A stretch of DNA of 64,000 nucleotides from Clostridia bacterium. GTDB lineage: Bacteria > Bacillota > Clostridia > Oscillospirales > RGIG8002. Under the pieces are notes generated by a model. It ran no database searches and was not told the origin of the DNA. It saw only the letters and a list, made by a program, of their open reading frames with translations. Positions within the stretch are counted from its first letter, which is position 1. Each line of letters opens with the position of its first letter. The translations under genes and the position numbers were made by a program. The DNA is taken from the NCBI GenBank assembly GCA_017620395.1, contig JAFZQJ010000027.1:82331-146330 (forward strand), given 5' to 3'. Positions 33,878 through 42,855 of this stretch are shown in pieces.

Positions 33878-34368
33878 AGAAAGCGTATTTCGCCGGCGGC
33901 TGCTTCTGGTGCATCGCCTCGGTGTTCGATGCGATTGACGGCGTAACTGAAGTCGTAAGCGGCTTCAGCGGCGGCGACGAAGCGGATCCGACTTACGACG
34001 ACGTCAAGGCGCAGAAGACCGGACACCGTGAGACAATAACGGTCGTTTATGACGAAACGCTCGTCAGCTACGCCGAGCTGATATCAACGCTGCTCTCTAA
34101 TACCGACCCGTTCGATCCGGACGGACAGTTCATCGACCGCGGCAGGTCGTATTCGCTTGCCGTCTACTATTCGGACGAAACCGAAAAAGAAATTGCTGCC
34201 AATGCGACGGCCGAACTTGAACGGGCTTCGGGCCGCAGCGTGTTTGTCGCGCTCGAGCCGTTCAAATCCTTCTTCGCCGCCGGAGAGTATCATCAGGATT
34301 ATCATAAAAAACACCCGGAGGAGTTTGAACGGGAGCTGATCGAATCCGGAAGGAAAAAACCGCAATAA
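33874..34368 (+). CDS. msrA: Peptide methionine (S)-sulfoxide reductase MsrA
   Basis: GGCFWC active-site motif near the N-terminus. The start overlaps the upstream stop codon (ATGA). Confidence 0.92.
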   Translation: MKKAYFAGGCFWCIASVFDAIDGVTEVVSGFSGGDEADPTYDDVKAQKTGHRETITVVYDETLVSYAELISTLLSNTDPFDPDGQFIDRGRSYSLAVYYSDETEKEIAANATAELERASGRSVFVALEPFKSFFAAGEYHQDYHKKHPEEFERELIESGRKKPQ

Positions 34369-34378
34369 CAAAGTATTG

Positions 34379-34405
34379 ACAGACCGCTTCGGCGGTCTGT
34401 TTTTG
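34379..34405 (+). terminator. Rho-independent terminator after msrA
   Basis: ACAGACCGC-ttcg-GCGGTCTGT followed by TTTTT. Confidence 0.85.
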
Positions 34406-34455
34406 TATATCAAAGCGAAATATTACTATTGTAAAATGCGAACGCTTGTGATATA

Positions 34456-35211
34456 ATGTCAGTTATGGAAAAAGTATGTATTATGGGAATAGAATACGCG
34501 AACGCGCCGCTTGCCGAAATCGCCGACGAATGCTTTTCCTACACGGCGGCGAGGGAAGCGAGAATTGTAGTGACTCCCAACGGCGAAATTGCCGAATATG
34601 CGTATAAGAATCCCGCGTTTTTCGACGTGCTTTCCGGAGCCGATCTTGCCGTCCCCGACGGCGTCAGCGTGAAGCTCGCGGCGAAGCGCTGCGGGACGCC
34701 GATTAAGGAGCGCGTGCCCGGCGTCGAGCTGGCGCAGGAGCTTATCAAGCGCCTGAGCGATTCCGGCGGCAGCCTTTTCCTTTTCGGCGGCGCCGAGGGC
34801 GTCGCGGAAGACGCGGCGAAGAATATCTCCGCCGGGTATCCGGGCGTAAAGATCGCCGGAACTCACAACGGCTTTTTTGAGGATGATTCCGATATCGTCG
34901 CCGGGATTGACGCTGCTTCGCCGGACGTACTGTTCGTCTGCCTCGGTTCTCCGAAGCAGGAGGAATGGATGGCGGCGCACCGCGATCTTTCCTGCGGCGT
35001 GATGCTCGGACTCGGCGGCACGCTCGACGTGCTTGCCGGCAGAGTGAAGCGCGCGCCGGCGTTCTGGCGAAAGATCGGCTGCGAATGGCTTTATCGCACG
35101 ATCAAGCAGCCTTCGCGCATAAAGCGCATAATTAAAATACCCTTTTTCGTCCTCGGCAGCAAGCGCAGGACGAAAAAGCTCAATAAACAGAGGTGCGAGA
35201 ATGAAAGGTAA
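34456..35211 (+). CDS. WecB/TagA/CpsF-family glycosyltransferase
   Basis: VTPNGEI, PDGVSV, FLFGGAEGVAE, CLGSPKQEEWM and EWLYR are family motifs. The start is ambiguous: 34456, 34465 or 34483. Confidence 0.85.
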   Translation: MSVMEKVCIMGIEYANAPLAEIADECFSYTAAREARIVVTPNGEIAEYAYKNPAFFDVLSGADLAVPDGVSVKLAAKRCGTPIKERVPGVELAQELIKRLSDSGGSLFLFGGAEGVAEDAAKNISAGYPGVKIAGTHNGFFEDDSDIVAGIDAASPDVLFVCLGSPKQEEWMAAHRDLSCGVMLGLGGTLDVLAGRVKRAPAFWRKIGCEWLYRTIKQPSRIKRIIKIPFFVLGSKRRTKKLNKQRCENER

Positions 35212-35872
35212 GCTTATAGTTTTTGAAGGCATGGACGGAAGCGGAAAGGCGACTCAGAATAAACGCCTTTACGACTTTTTGACGTCCTGCGGATACAAGG
35301 TCAGAAAGGTCAGCTTTCCCGATTACGACGAGCCTTCGAGCGCCCCGCTGCGTATGTATCTCAACGGCGCTTTCGGGGACAAGCCGGACAGCGTGAACGG
35401 TTACGTCGCCTCCGCGTTTTTTGCCGTCGACCGCATAGCCTCGTACCTTTCAAAGTGGCGCAACGCGATCGACGACGGGGAGATAGTTCTGCTTGACAGA
35501 TACACTACATCCAATATGGTTCATCAGGCGTCGAAGCTGCCGAGGGAGCAGTGGGACGAGTTCCTTGACTGGCTTTATGACTTCGAGTTCAGAAAGCTCG
35601 GGCTCCCGGAGCCTGATCTGACTATATACCTGCGTATGCCGGTCGATATATCCGAGAAGCTTCTTTCGAAGCGGTACGGCAACGACGAATCCAAAAAAGA
35701 CATTCACGAACGCGACGTCGATTACCTCCGCAGATGTGAGGCGTCCGGTATGTATTCCGCTAAGAAGTTCGGCTGGAAAGTCATAGAATGCACCCGCGAC
35801 GGCGAGCTTCGCTCGATAGACGAGATCGCGGAAGAGGTTCTCAGAGAGGTTTCTTTACTGCTGAATGCTTGA
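35201..35872 (+). CDS. tmk: dTMP (thymidylate) kinase family protein
   Basis: P-loop FEGMDGSGKATQ and the DRY-type motif LLDRYTTSN. Confidence 0.8.
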   Translation: MKGKLIVFEGMDGSGKATQNKRLYDFLTSCGYKVRKVSFPDYDEPSSAPLRMYLNGAFGDKPDSVNGYVASAFFAVDRIASYLSKWRNAIDDGEIVLLDRYTTSNMVHQASKLPREQWDEFLDWLYDFEFRKLGLPEPDLTIYLRMPVDISEKLLSKRYGNDESKKDIHERDVDYLRRCEASGMYSAKKFGWKVIECTRDGELRSIDEIAEEVLREVSLLLNA

Positions 35873-36728
35873 ATTCAAAGAAATAGAAATCGGTGATAAG
35901 GAGTCGTTCGACCGGATTCTGAACGCGGTTGACGCGGACGGACAGAAATATCCGACGGCAGACTATACGTTCGGAAACCTGTTTATCTGGAAGCACAGAT
36001 ACGATACGCGTATCGCCTTTGACGGCGGCGCCTGTTTCATTCTCGAAAAGGGAGGGGAATACGCGTATTTCCCGATCTGCTCCGACGACGCGCTCGCGGA
36101 TGCGCTGAAGAAGCAGGGCATAAGGAAGCTTATGTACGTTACCGACGATATGCTTACCCGTCTCGACGCCTGCGGCGCCGTATATGAAAAGAGCGAGCTG
36201 CCGCATTCGTTCGATTACGTTTACTCATACGGCGACCTTGCCGAGCTTCCCGGTAAAAAGTACCACCAGAAGCGCAACCATATAGCGTATTTTGAGAAGC
36301 TCTATCCCGAACACTCGTTTGAAATGATAACGCAGGATAATATTAAAGAGTGTTTCGACTTTTCGGTTAAGTGGGGAGAGCAGTCACTTCACGGCATAGA
36401 CGACGAGGAGCGCAAAGCGCTTGATATGTCGCTCGGCAATTTCTTTTCACTAGGCTTTGAAGGCGGCGTTATTCGCGCCGGCGGAGAGGTCGTCGCGATG
36501 TCTGCGGGCGAAAGGCGCGGCAATTCTTTCGTGGTCCACATCGAAAAGGCCCTGAACACCCGCGGAGCCTATCCGTTGATAAACCGCGATTTCGTACGAA
36601 ACGTCTGTGTTGGCAGCTATCATATAAATCGCGAGGAGGATATGGGAATAGAAGGCCTCGTAAAGGCTAAGCAATCGTATCATCCCGCGTATCTGTTGAA
36701 AAAGTATATGGTGACAATATGCGATTGA
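35865..36728 (+). CDS. DUF2156 protein (MprF C-terminal / aminoacyl-tRNA-dependent transferase-like fold)
   Basis: 287 aa. The YTFGNLFIWKHRYDTRIAF-type N-terminus and overall size are as I recall for standalone DUF2156 proteins. This is a recollection-level assignment. Confidence 0.6.
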   Translation: MLEFKEIEIGDKESFDRILNAVDADGQKYPTADYTFGNLFIWKHRYDTRIAFDGGACFILEKGGEYAYFPICSDDALADALKKQGIRKLMYVTDDMLTRLDACGAVYEKSELPHSFDYVYSYGDLAELPGKKYHQKRNHIAYFEKLYPEHSFEMITQDNIKECFDFSVKWGEQSLHGIDDEERKALDMSLGNFFSLGFEGGVIRAGGEVVAMSAGERRGNSFVVHIEKALNTRGAYPLINRDFVRNVCVGSYHINREEDMGIEGLVKAKQSYHPAYLLKKYMVTICD

Positions 36729-37513
36729 AAGAGTTTACAATGCCGGTTGTCAAACCAATCGTGTCTTTGATATCTCGATCTTTCGATATTTCCGTGGCTG
36801 ACGCCGGAGTCTTGCTTGCCGACGCGGCCGAGAACGGCGCCTGCTATCTGAAAACGTACGGAGACGAGCCTGTTTCCGTCGCGTTGAGCAAGCCCGTACG
36901 ATTACGAATAAACGGTGAAGAACGCAAGGGCGAATACCTTTTCGGCGTTTGCACGGACGCTGCGCACCGCGGGAGAGGATACGCCGCGGGCCTTATCGAA
37001 GAAACTTGCGGGAACGCCGACGCCGACTGCGCCGTTCTGATACCCGAGAATGAAGGGTTATTTGAATTCTACGAGCCTCTCGGATTTACCGCGACGGGCG
37101 CATGCGCTTCCTTCAACGTCGAAGCGTCCGCCGCCGAAAGCGTCAGTGTAAGCGGAGACGGCGCCTATACGGAATACCTCGGTTTTGCTCAAAAATGCGA
37201 TAATCTGTGCATTCTCTCGGAACGCGACTTTGTTGCAAGCGCAGCGCTCGCGCCGCGCACCGCCGTAGTAGGAAACAGCGGCGTTTGCTTCATTACCTCA
37301 GACGGGAGCGTCGAAGCTTTCGCGCCGCGTGAACGTATAAAAGATCTTGCCGCTTCCGCGCTTTCGTTATTGGGTATCTCCGCCGCGTCTGTGACGACTC
37401 ATTTTGATTTCGCGCCGGACGGTGCGGCGGTCAAACGTATCGGAATGATAAAGCCTCTGCGAAATGCCGATATCCCCGCGCGATTCTATATCAACAACCT
37501 TTACAACTTGTAG
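36719..37513 (+). CDS. GNAT-like acetyltransferase (Eis-like architecture?)
   Basis: Motif-A-like GVCTDAAHRGRGYAAGLI. It overlaps the DUF2156 gene by 10 nt. The start may instead be ATG 36746. Confidence 0.55.
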   Translation: MRLKEFTMPVVKPIVSLISRSFDISVADAGVLLADAAENGACYLKTYGDEPVSVALSKPVRLRINGEERKGEYLFGVCTDAAHRGRGYAAGLIEETCGNADADCAVLIPENEGLFEFYEPLGFTATGACASFNVEASAAESVSVSGDGAYTEYLGFAQKCDNLCILSERDFVASAALAPRTAVVGNSGVCFITSDGSVEAFAPRERIKDLAASALSLLGISAASVTTHFDFAPDGAAVKRIGMIKPLRNADIPARFYINNLYNL

Positions 37514-37522
37514 GAGGATAAT

Positions 37523-38056
37523 ATGGTTTATCTGTTTCTCGCCGACGGTTTTGAAGAAATCGAGGCGCTCGGATGCGTCGATATTCTCCGCAGAGCGGGC
37601 GTCGACGTGAAAACCGTCGGGGTTACCGGCAAAACCGTCGCAGGCGCACACGGGATCAATGTCGAAGCCGATATGCGCGTAACGGAATGCGGCCGCGATG
37701 CGGAAATGGTGATTCTCCCCGGAGGAAGCGTAGGGACCGATAACCTCGCCTCCAGCGACGACGTCGCCCGCATCGTTACTGACGCCGCCGAAAGAAACGC
37801 TTACGTTGCCGCGATCTGCGCGGCCCCTACGGTTCTCGGTAAGCTTGGCCTTCTTGAAGGCAGGCGCGCGGTCTGCTATCCCGGGCTTGAGGGCCGCCTC
37901 ACCGGCGCCGCGAAATCTTCGGACCGCGTTTGCGTTGACGGCAATTACATCACAAGCCGCGGACCGGGCACGACGGCGGAGTTTTCGCTGACAATCGTAG
38001 AATTGCTGAAAGGGCGCAAAACCGCCGATGCTATAAGAGAGGGCATGCTTTGGTAA
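37523..38056 (+). CDS. DJ-1/PfpI-family protein
   Basis: 177 aa. The nucleophile elbow AAICAAP and the LPGG motif are present. Confidence 0.88.
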   Translation: MVYLFLADGFEEIEALGCVDILRRAGVDVKTVGVTGKTVAGAHGINVEADMRVTECGRDAEMVILPGGSVGTDNLASSDDVARIVTDAAERNAYVAAICAAPTVLGKLGLLEGRRAVCYPGLEGRLTGAAKSSDRVCVDGNYITSRGPGTTAEFSLTIVELLKGRKTADAIREGMLW

Positions 38057-38610
38057 AAGACGTTCTGCGCGCGGAATTCAAGGCTATGCGCGATGCCATG
38101 ACGGAATCCGAGCGCGCCGCCGAAAGCGGCGAGTTATGCGGCATTATCCGTTCGATGCCGGAATACAAAGCCGCGGTATGCGTTTTGCTTTATTACCCGG
38201 TCGGCAGCGAGCCTGATATCCTCCCGCTTGCCGAAGCGGCGGTTTCGGACGGAAAAGAAGTCGCGTTTCCGGTTGTCAGCGGCAGGGATATGATCTTCTG
38301 CGTGCCGAACGGCTTGGATGGATTCAGAAATGGCGGCAATGGTATCCCCGAACCCGACGCCTCGGAATGTGCGCGTGTCTGTGATTTTGCCGACACTCTT
38401 TGCGTAGTGCCTGCGCTTGCCGCGGATAATTACGGATACAGAATCGGGTACGGCGGCGGTTATTATGACCGTTTTTTGAGCGGATATAAAGGCTTTTCCG
38501 TTTGCGCGGTATTTTCACGCCTGTTTGTTGACAGTCTGCCTGCGGACCCTCACGACGTCGCGGTCGGAGCTGTCGCTTTCACCGGCGGAGGCGTATTGCG
38601 TATTAACTAA
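38050..38610 (+). CDS. 5-formyltetrahydrofolate cyclo-ligase
   Basis: PEPD and YRIGYGGGYYDRFL motifs. The start is TTG and overlaps the DJ-1 gene's stop region. Confidence 0.85.
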   Translation: MVKDVLRAEFKAMRDAMTESERAAESGELCGIIRSMPEYKAAVCVLLYYPVGSEPDILPLAEAAVSDGKEVAFPVVSGRDMIFCVPNGLDGFRNGGNGIPEPDASECARVCDFADTLCVVPALAADNYGYRIGYGGGYYDRFLSGYKGFSVCAVFSRLFVDSLPADPHDVAVGAVAFTGGGVLRIN

Positions 38611-38640
38611 AAAAGGGGGTACCGCACGAATGCGGTACCC
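38609..38640. terminator. Bidirectional terminator between the 5-FCL gene and the small Cys-rich peptide gene
   Basis: GGGTACCGCA-cgaa-TGCGGTACCC is a 10-bp stem. It is preceded by AAAAAA, which reads as a T-run for the minus-strand gene. Confidence 0.75.
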
Positions 38641-38672
38641 GGCATATATACACATTTCACGTCGTTGCGGTA

Positions 38673-38798
38673 TCAGCCGCAGTTGGAGCAACCGTTATTG
38701 CCGCATCCGCAGCCGCATCCGCCGAGACAACCGCTGAGAAGCAGGATAAGGATTATCCATACGATGCCGTTGCCGCAATCGTCCATACATCTGCCCAT
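38673..38798 (-). CDS. 41-aa Cys/Gly-rich single-TM peptide (below the 60-aa ORF-track cutoff)
   Basis: The minus strand reads GAGGTGaaaagaATG, then MGRCMDDCGNGIVWIILILLLSGCLGGCGCGCGNNGCSNCG*. The SD is strong at 6-nt spacing, a dedicated terminator follows, and codons are GC3-rich like the host genes. Confidence 0.6.
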   Translation of the reverse strand: MGRCMDDCGNGIVWIILILLLSGCLGGCGCGCGNNGCSNCG

Positions 38799-38872
38799 TC
38801 TTTTCACCTCACATTCTGGTGTTTGGTATATACTATGCGAATCGTCGTTATTGTGTTACAGGAGTTGAGACT

Positions 38873-40198
38873 ATGGAATTCAATCAGTCGGAATTTGAAA
38901 AAAACCTGCTCAGAAAAGTGAATGATTCTGACGATGTCCCGCCGTCTAAGAAAAAGATCGATGTGGACAGCATCCATATAAAAGACGCGGATGATGTGCC
39001 GATCAATACTTATGAGGGCGAAACGCCGCGCGACCGCGCGGCCAAGCTTGCCGCGTGGGAGCAGCAGAAAGGGAGAAAGCCGGGCAAGTCCACGGGGAAA
39101 GCCGCGGATAAGGACAAGCCCAAACGCAAAGTATCTAAGAGCGTCATTTTTATTTCCTGTGTCATCGCCGCGTCTCTGATACTGACTCTCATTTCATGGC
39201 TTGCGATACGTGACTGCTTTGCGTTTCATAATAAAGTGAGCGAGGATATCCCGATCGTTGTTGAGGACGGCGAGGGCTTATCCACAATAACGACTAAGCT
39301 TTCCGACGCTGATATTATCGATTTTCCGCTTGCATTCAGACTGTACTATACGCTGATAAAGAAGAATACTCAGGTGCAGTACGGAACTCATTACTTCAAA
39401 AAGGGCGACGATTATGACGCGATCCTCCGCAAGCTTTCCGAAGCGACCGAAAGCAGGGAAACGGCGGAATTCCTCGTAACAGAAGGGAAAACGCAAAAGG
39501 ACGTCATAAGCATTATTTCGAACGCGGGATATGCGACGAGGGCGGATCTTACGGAAGCCATAAACTTCACTCAGTTTGAAGACTTCGAATTCCTCAACGA
39601 TCTTCCGGAGCGTTCCGCACGACTTGAAGGTTATCTGTTCCCTGCGAAATACGAGATTTACGCCGGCGAAAGCGCTACCTCTATCATCATACGTATGCTC
39701 AAAAAGTTTGACTCCGTATTTGACGATCTTATGTATGAGAGGGCTAAGGATCTGGGTATGACTGTGGACGAGGTGATAACGCTCGCTTCCGTAATTCAGG
39801 CCGAAGCGGGAAGCGAGGATGAAATGCCCAACGTTTCGTCCGTCTTCCACAACCGTTTGAAAAACCCGAGCTACGGCTATCTCCAGTCATGCGCGACCGT
39901 GCAATACACGATGACGGAGCGCAAGGACGTTTTGACGCGGGCGGATATAGCGGTCGACAATAAGTATAATACATATAAGTATCCCGGCCTGCCGATCGGA
40001 CCGATTTGTAATCCGGGCCTCGCAGCGATTGAAGCTGCGCTGTATCCCGCGGATACAGATTATTATTATTTCGTATCCGACGGCAAGGGTACCAACGTAT
40101 TCTCGCGTACTTACGCGGAGCATACGAAGGCGAAGAACACCTATATCAAGGACGGTCAGTTCATCAGCGGTACCGATATTACTGATTCAGAGGATTGA
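38873..40198 (+). CDS. mltG: Endolytic murein transglycosylase MltG (YceG-like)
   Basis: N-terminal TM anchor, a YceG domain (LEGYLFPAKYE and ASVIQAEAG), and a C-terminal NTYKYPGLPIGPICNPG. A GGAG SD precedes ATG 38873; the ORF-track start at 38819 is less likely. Confidence 0.9.
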   Translation: MEFNQSEFEKNLLRKVNDSDDVPPSKKKIDVDSIHIKDADDVPINTYEGETPRDRAAKLAAWEQQKGRKPGKSTGKAADKDKPKRKVSKSVIFISCVIAASLILTLISWLAIRDCFAFHNKVSEDIPIVVEDGEGLSTITTKLSDADIIDFPLAFRLYYTLIKKNTQVQYGTHYFKKGDDYDAILRKLSEATESRETAEFLVTEGKTQKDVISIISNAGYATRADLTEAINFTQFEDFEFLNDLPERSARLEGYLFPAKYEIYAGESATSIIIRMLKKFDSVFDDLMYERAKDLGMTVDEVITLASVIQAEAGSEDEMPNVSSVFHNRLKNPSYGYLQSCATVQYTMTERKDVLTRADIAVDNKYNTYKYPGLPIGPICNPGLAAIEAALYPADTDYYYFVSDGKGTNVFSRTYAEHTKAKNTYIKDGQFISGTDITDSED

Positions 40199-40228
40199 CG
40201 ACAAAATCTTATACGTGGGGTGTGAAGT

Positions 40229-41080
40229 ATGGAATACCGTGTCATTGACGACGAATACGTTTCGAGGTTTATAAAGCCGCGTCCGGAGGACGCCAATAAG
40301 TATGACTTCGGATATATCCTCTGTATCTGCGGCAGCCGCGGTATGCACGGCGCCGCCGTTATGTCCGCGACCGCAGCGCTCAGAAGCGGAGCGGGTATAG
40401 TGACCGTCGCCGTCCCGCGTGAGATCGAGACCGCCGTTTATCCATGCTTCACCGAAATCATGGTGCGCGGCTACGAAAAGCCGGAGGATCTTGACAGACT
40501 GATGGAGAAATCCGACGTTTGCGTTCTCGGCTGCGGGCTCGGGAAATCGGACCTTTCAGAGCAGGTCGTCAGATACGTGCTCGCTAAATATGATAAAACG
40601 CTCGTTCTCGATGCGGACGGCATAAACATACTCTCCCGCGACATAGATATTATCAAGGATACCAAGGCGACCGTGATAATAACTCCGCACGCCGGAGAAA
40701 TGGCGCGGCTTACCGGTATGACTTCCGAAGAGGTAGAGGCGGACAGCGAAATCGTCTGCGCAGACATATCGCGGGAGTTGAACGTAGTAACCGTGTTAAA
40801 GGGCGCTCAGACCGTTATCACTTCACCGCACGTTAAAGGTACGATCTACGTGAATCACAGCGGAAATCCCGGGATGGCTACCGCCGGGAGCGGCGACGTC
40901 CTGGCGGGTATAACCGCCGCGCTTGCCGCCGTTATAAAGGAACCTCACCGCGCAGCCGCGTGCGCCGTTTACATCCACGGACTCGCAGGCGATCTTGCCG
41001 CGGATGAGCTTTCGATGACAGGAATGACCGCCTGCGATATGATCGAAAGGCTGCCGAAGGTATTCAAAAGCTTTGAATAA
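40229..41080 (+). CDS. nnrD: ADP-dependent NAD(P)H-hydrate dehydratase
   Basis: YjeF C-terminal / carbohydrate-kinase fold carrying GSGDVLAGI and HAGEMARL. Confidence 0.85.
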   Translation: MEYRVIDDEYVSRFIKPRPEDANKYDFGYILCICGSRGMHGAAVMSATAALRSGAGIVTVAVPREIETAVYPCFTEIMVRGYEKPEDLDRLMEKSDVCVLGCGLGKSDLSEQVVRYVLAKYDKTLVLDADGINILSRDIDIIKDTKATVIITPHAGEMARLTGMTSEEVEADSEIVCADISRELNVVTVLKGAQTVITSPHVKGTIYVNHSGNPGMATAGSGDVLAGITAALAAVIKEPHRAAACAVYIHGLAGDLAADELSMTGMTACDMIERLPKVFKSFE

Positions 41081-41095
41081 AAGGGGAGACGCCCC

Positions 41096-41575
41096 GTGCG
41101 AAGAATACCCGCGATCATTACGTCTGTTTTAATGCTTTTCTCGCTTTCCGCATGCGGAAAAGGATCATCCGCGGTCGATTATCTTTCGATTCCGTTCAGC
41201 AGTGAGGCGCGAATCGTTATAGATTCCTCCGAATACCTTGTTCATATCGAAAAGGGAGGAGCGGATCTGATCTCGGTCGTTGTCGGCTATCCGGAAGACA
41301 TTCGCGGAATGAGCGTTTCGCTCGGGGAAGAAAGCGGAGTGTCGTTTCGTAACGCAAAGATATTACAAGGCTTTCCGCGCTCGGTCGCGCAGTTAATATA
41401 TGATGCTTTTGAACCGTCGTATATAACCGAGACGTTCTCCGACGGAGACGCTGAAATCGTGCGTTTCACCTCCCCGCACGGAGGCGGAAACATACGGATT
41501 GACGGCTTTTCCTGCGTTCCGATTTCTCTCGATTCCGAGGGGATACATATCGAATTTACAGATTTCAAACGATAA
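41096..41575 (+). CDS. Lipoprotein, unknown function
   Basis: Signal peptide ending in the lipobox LSAC. The start is GTG, with a GGGGAG SD. Confidence 0.7.
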   Translation: MRRIPAIITSVLMLFSLSACGKGSSAVDYLSIPFSSEARIVIDSSEYLVHIEKGGADLISVVVGYPEDIRGMSVSLGEESGVSFRNAKILQGFPRSVAQLIYDAFEPSYITETFSDGDAEIVRFTSPHGGGNIRIDGFSCVPISLDSEGIHIEFTDFKR

Positions 41576-41584
41576 GGGTGTATT

Positions 41585-42736
41585 ATGGTTTTGGATCAGT
41601 ATCTCAAGCGTACCTGGGCGGAGGTCGACCTCGACGCCATTGCGCACAATTATGAAATGATAAAAAAAGCCGCGGGTAACGCGGAATGCATGTGCATCGT
41701 TAAAGCGGACGCATACGGTCACGGCGCGGTTCCCGTCGCCAGACAGTTATTTGACTGCGGCGCACGTTTCTTCGCCGTTTCGAACATAGAGGAGGCGCTC
41801 CAGCTTCGCGACGGCGGTATATCCGGCGGTATACTTATACTCGGTTATACTCCTCCGGAGCTCGCGGACGTTTTATATATAAATGATATTTCTCAAACCG
41901 TTTTCTCGTTGTCGGGTGCCGAGAAGCTCGCTCATGCGGCCGGCAGCAGAAGTATAAAGGTCCACATCAAGCTTGATACGGGAATGTCGCGTCTTGGTCT
42001 TAACGGTTCCGCGGAAGAAATGGCCGCGCAGGCGTTGAAGATTTGCGGTATCAAGGGGCTTCGCGTCGAAGGGTTGTTCACGCATTTTGCGCGCGCCGAT
42101 GAGAAAAACGACGAGGCGACCGCCGCGCAGTTCGCTTTGTTTTCGGCTGTTTCCGACGCTTTGGATGCGGCGGGAGTTAAGATCAGATACCGCCATTGCT
42201 GCAATTCCGCCGGTATGCTTGCGTATCCGGAATACCGTCTGAATATGTGCCGGCCAGGGCTTATACTTTACGGACTTTCTCCTTTCGGCGGCGAATACGG
42301 AACGCCGGCTATGACGCTGAAGACCGTGGTTTCGCAGATTAAGACGGTTCCTGCCGGTACGTCGATAAGCTACGGCGGCAGGTTTGTTACAAAGCGCGAC
42401 AGCCGAATCGCCGTGCTTCCCGTCGGGTACGCGGACGGATTTGCTCGTTTGCTTTCCGGCAAAGCGCAGGTTCTGATCAACGGCGAACGGGTAAATACCG
42501 TCGGAAACGTCTGTATGGACATGACGATGGCAGACGTTACGGATAAAAACGTTTCCGAAGGGGATACCGCCGTTATCATCGGCGCCGAGGGCGGCGAGCG
42601 TATAACCGCGGAAGATATCGCGCGTCTTACCGGAACGATACCTTATGAGGTTATTTCGCTGATAGGTAAGCGCGTCCCGCGCGTATTCATAAAAAACGGC
42701 GAGATCGTCGGCAGCACGGGGCTGCTCGAGCATTAA
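41585..42736 (+). CDS. alr: Alanine racemase
   Basis: PLP-lysine motif VKADAYGHG and the C-terminal PYEVISLIGKRVPR. Confidence 0.95.
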   Translation: MVLDQYLKRTWAEVDLDAIAHNYEMIKKAAGNAECMCIVKADAYGHGAVPVARQLFDCGARFFAVSNIEEALQLRDGGISGGILILGYTPPELADVLYINDISQTVFSLSGAEKLAHAAGSRSIKVHIKLDTGMSRLGLNGSAEEMAAQALKICGIKGLRVEGLFTHFARADEKNDEATAAQFALFSAVSDALDAAGVKIRYRHCCNSAGMLAYPEYRLNMCRPGLILYGLSPFGGEYGTPAMTLKTVVSQIKTVPAGTSISYGGRFVTKRDSRIAVLPVGYADGFARLLSGKAQVLINGERVNTVGNVCMDMTMADVTDKNVSEGDTAVIIGAEGGERITAEDIARLTGTIPYEVISLIGKRVPRVFIKNGEIVGSTGLLEH

Positions 42737-42855
42737 CATCGCTTCTCATCTCCGAATAGAATGATACAGGGACGGAAATAATTTTTGTATCGTTGTTTAA
42801 TCGAGTCTTCAAACGGCAAGAATAGTGTTGAAAGCCGCGGATTCGATAAACGGAG

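Noticed and set aside
41873-42739. 288-aa minus-strand ORF opposite alr. The same applies to 47839-48999 (+) opposite DUF1846, 56552-57520 (-) opposite dxr and 62202-63221 (-) opposite polC.
   Set aside because: All four are shadow ORFs antisense to strongly conserved genes. None has an RBS or a recognisable motif.
42737-42855. Candidate MazE antitoxin ORF between alr and mazF
   Set aside because: All three forward frames are closed by stops. The longest is a 24-codon TTG frame without an SD and without RHH/AbrB-like sequence. The observation is kept as a finding (orphan toxin), not as a gene.
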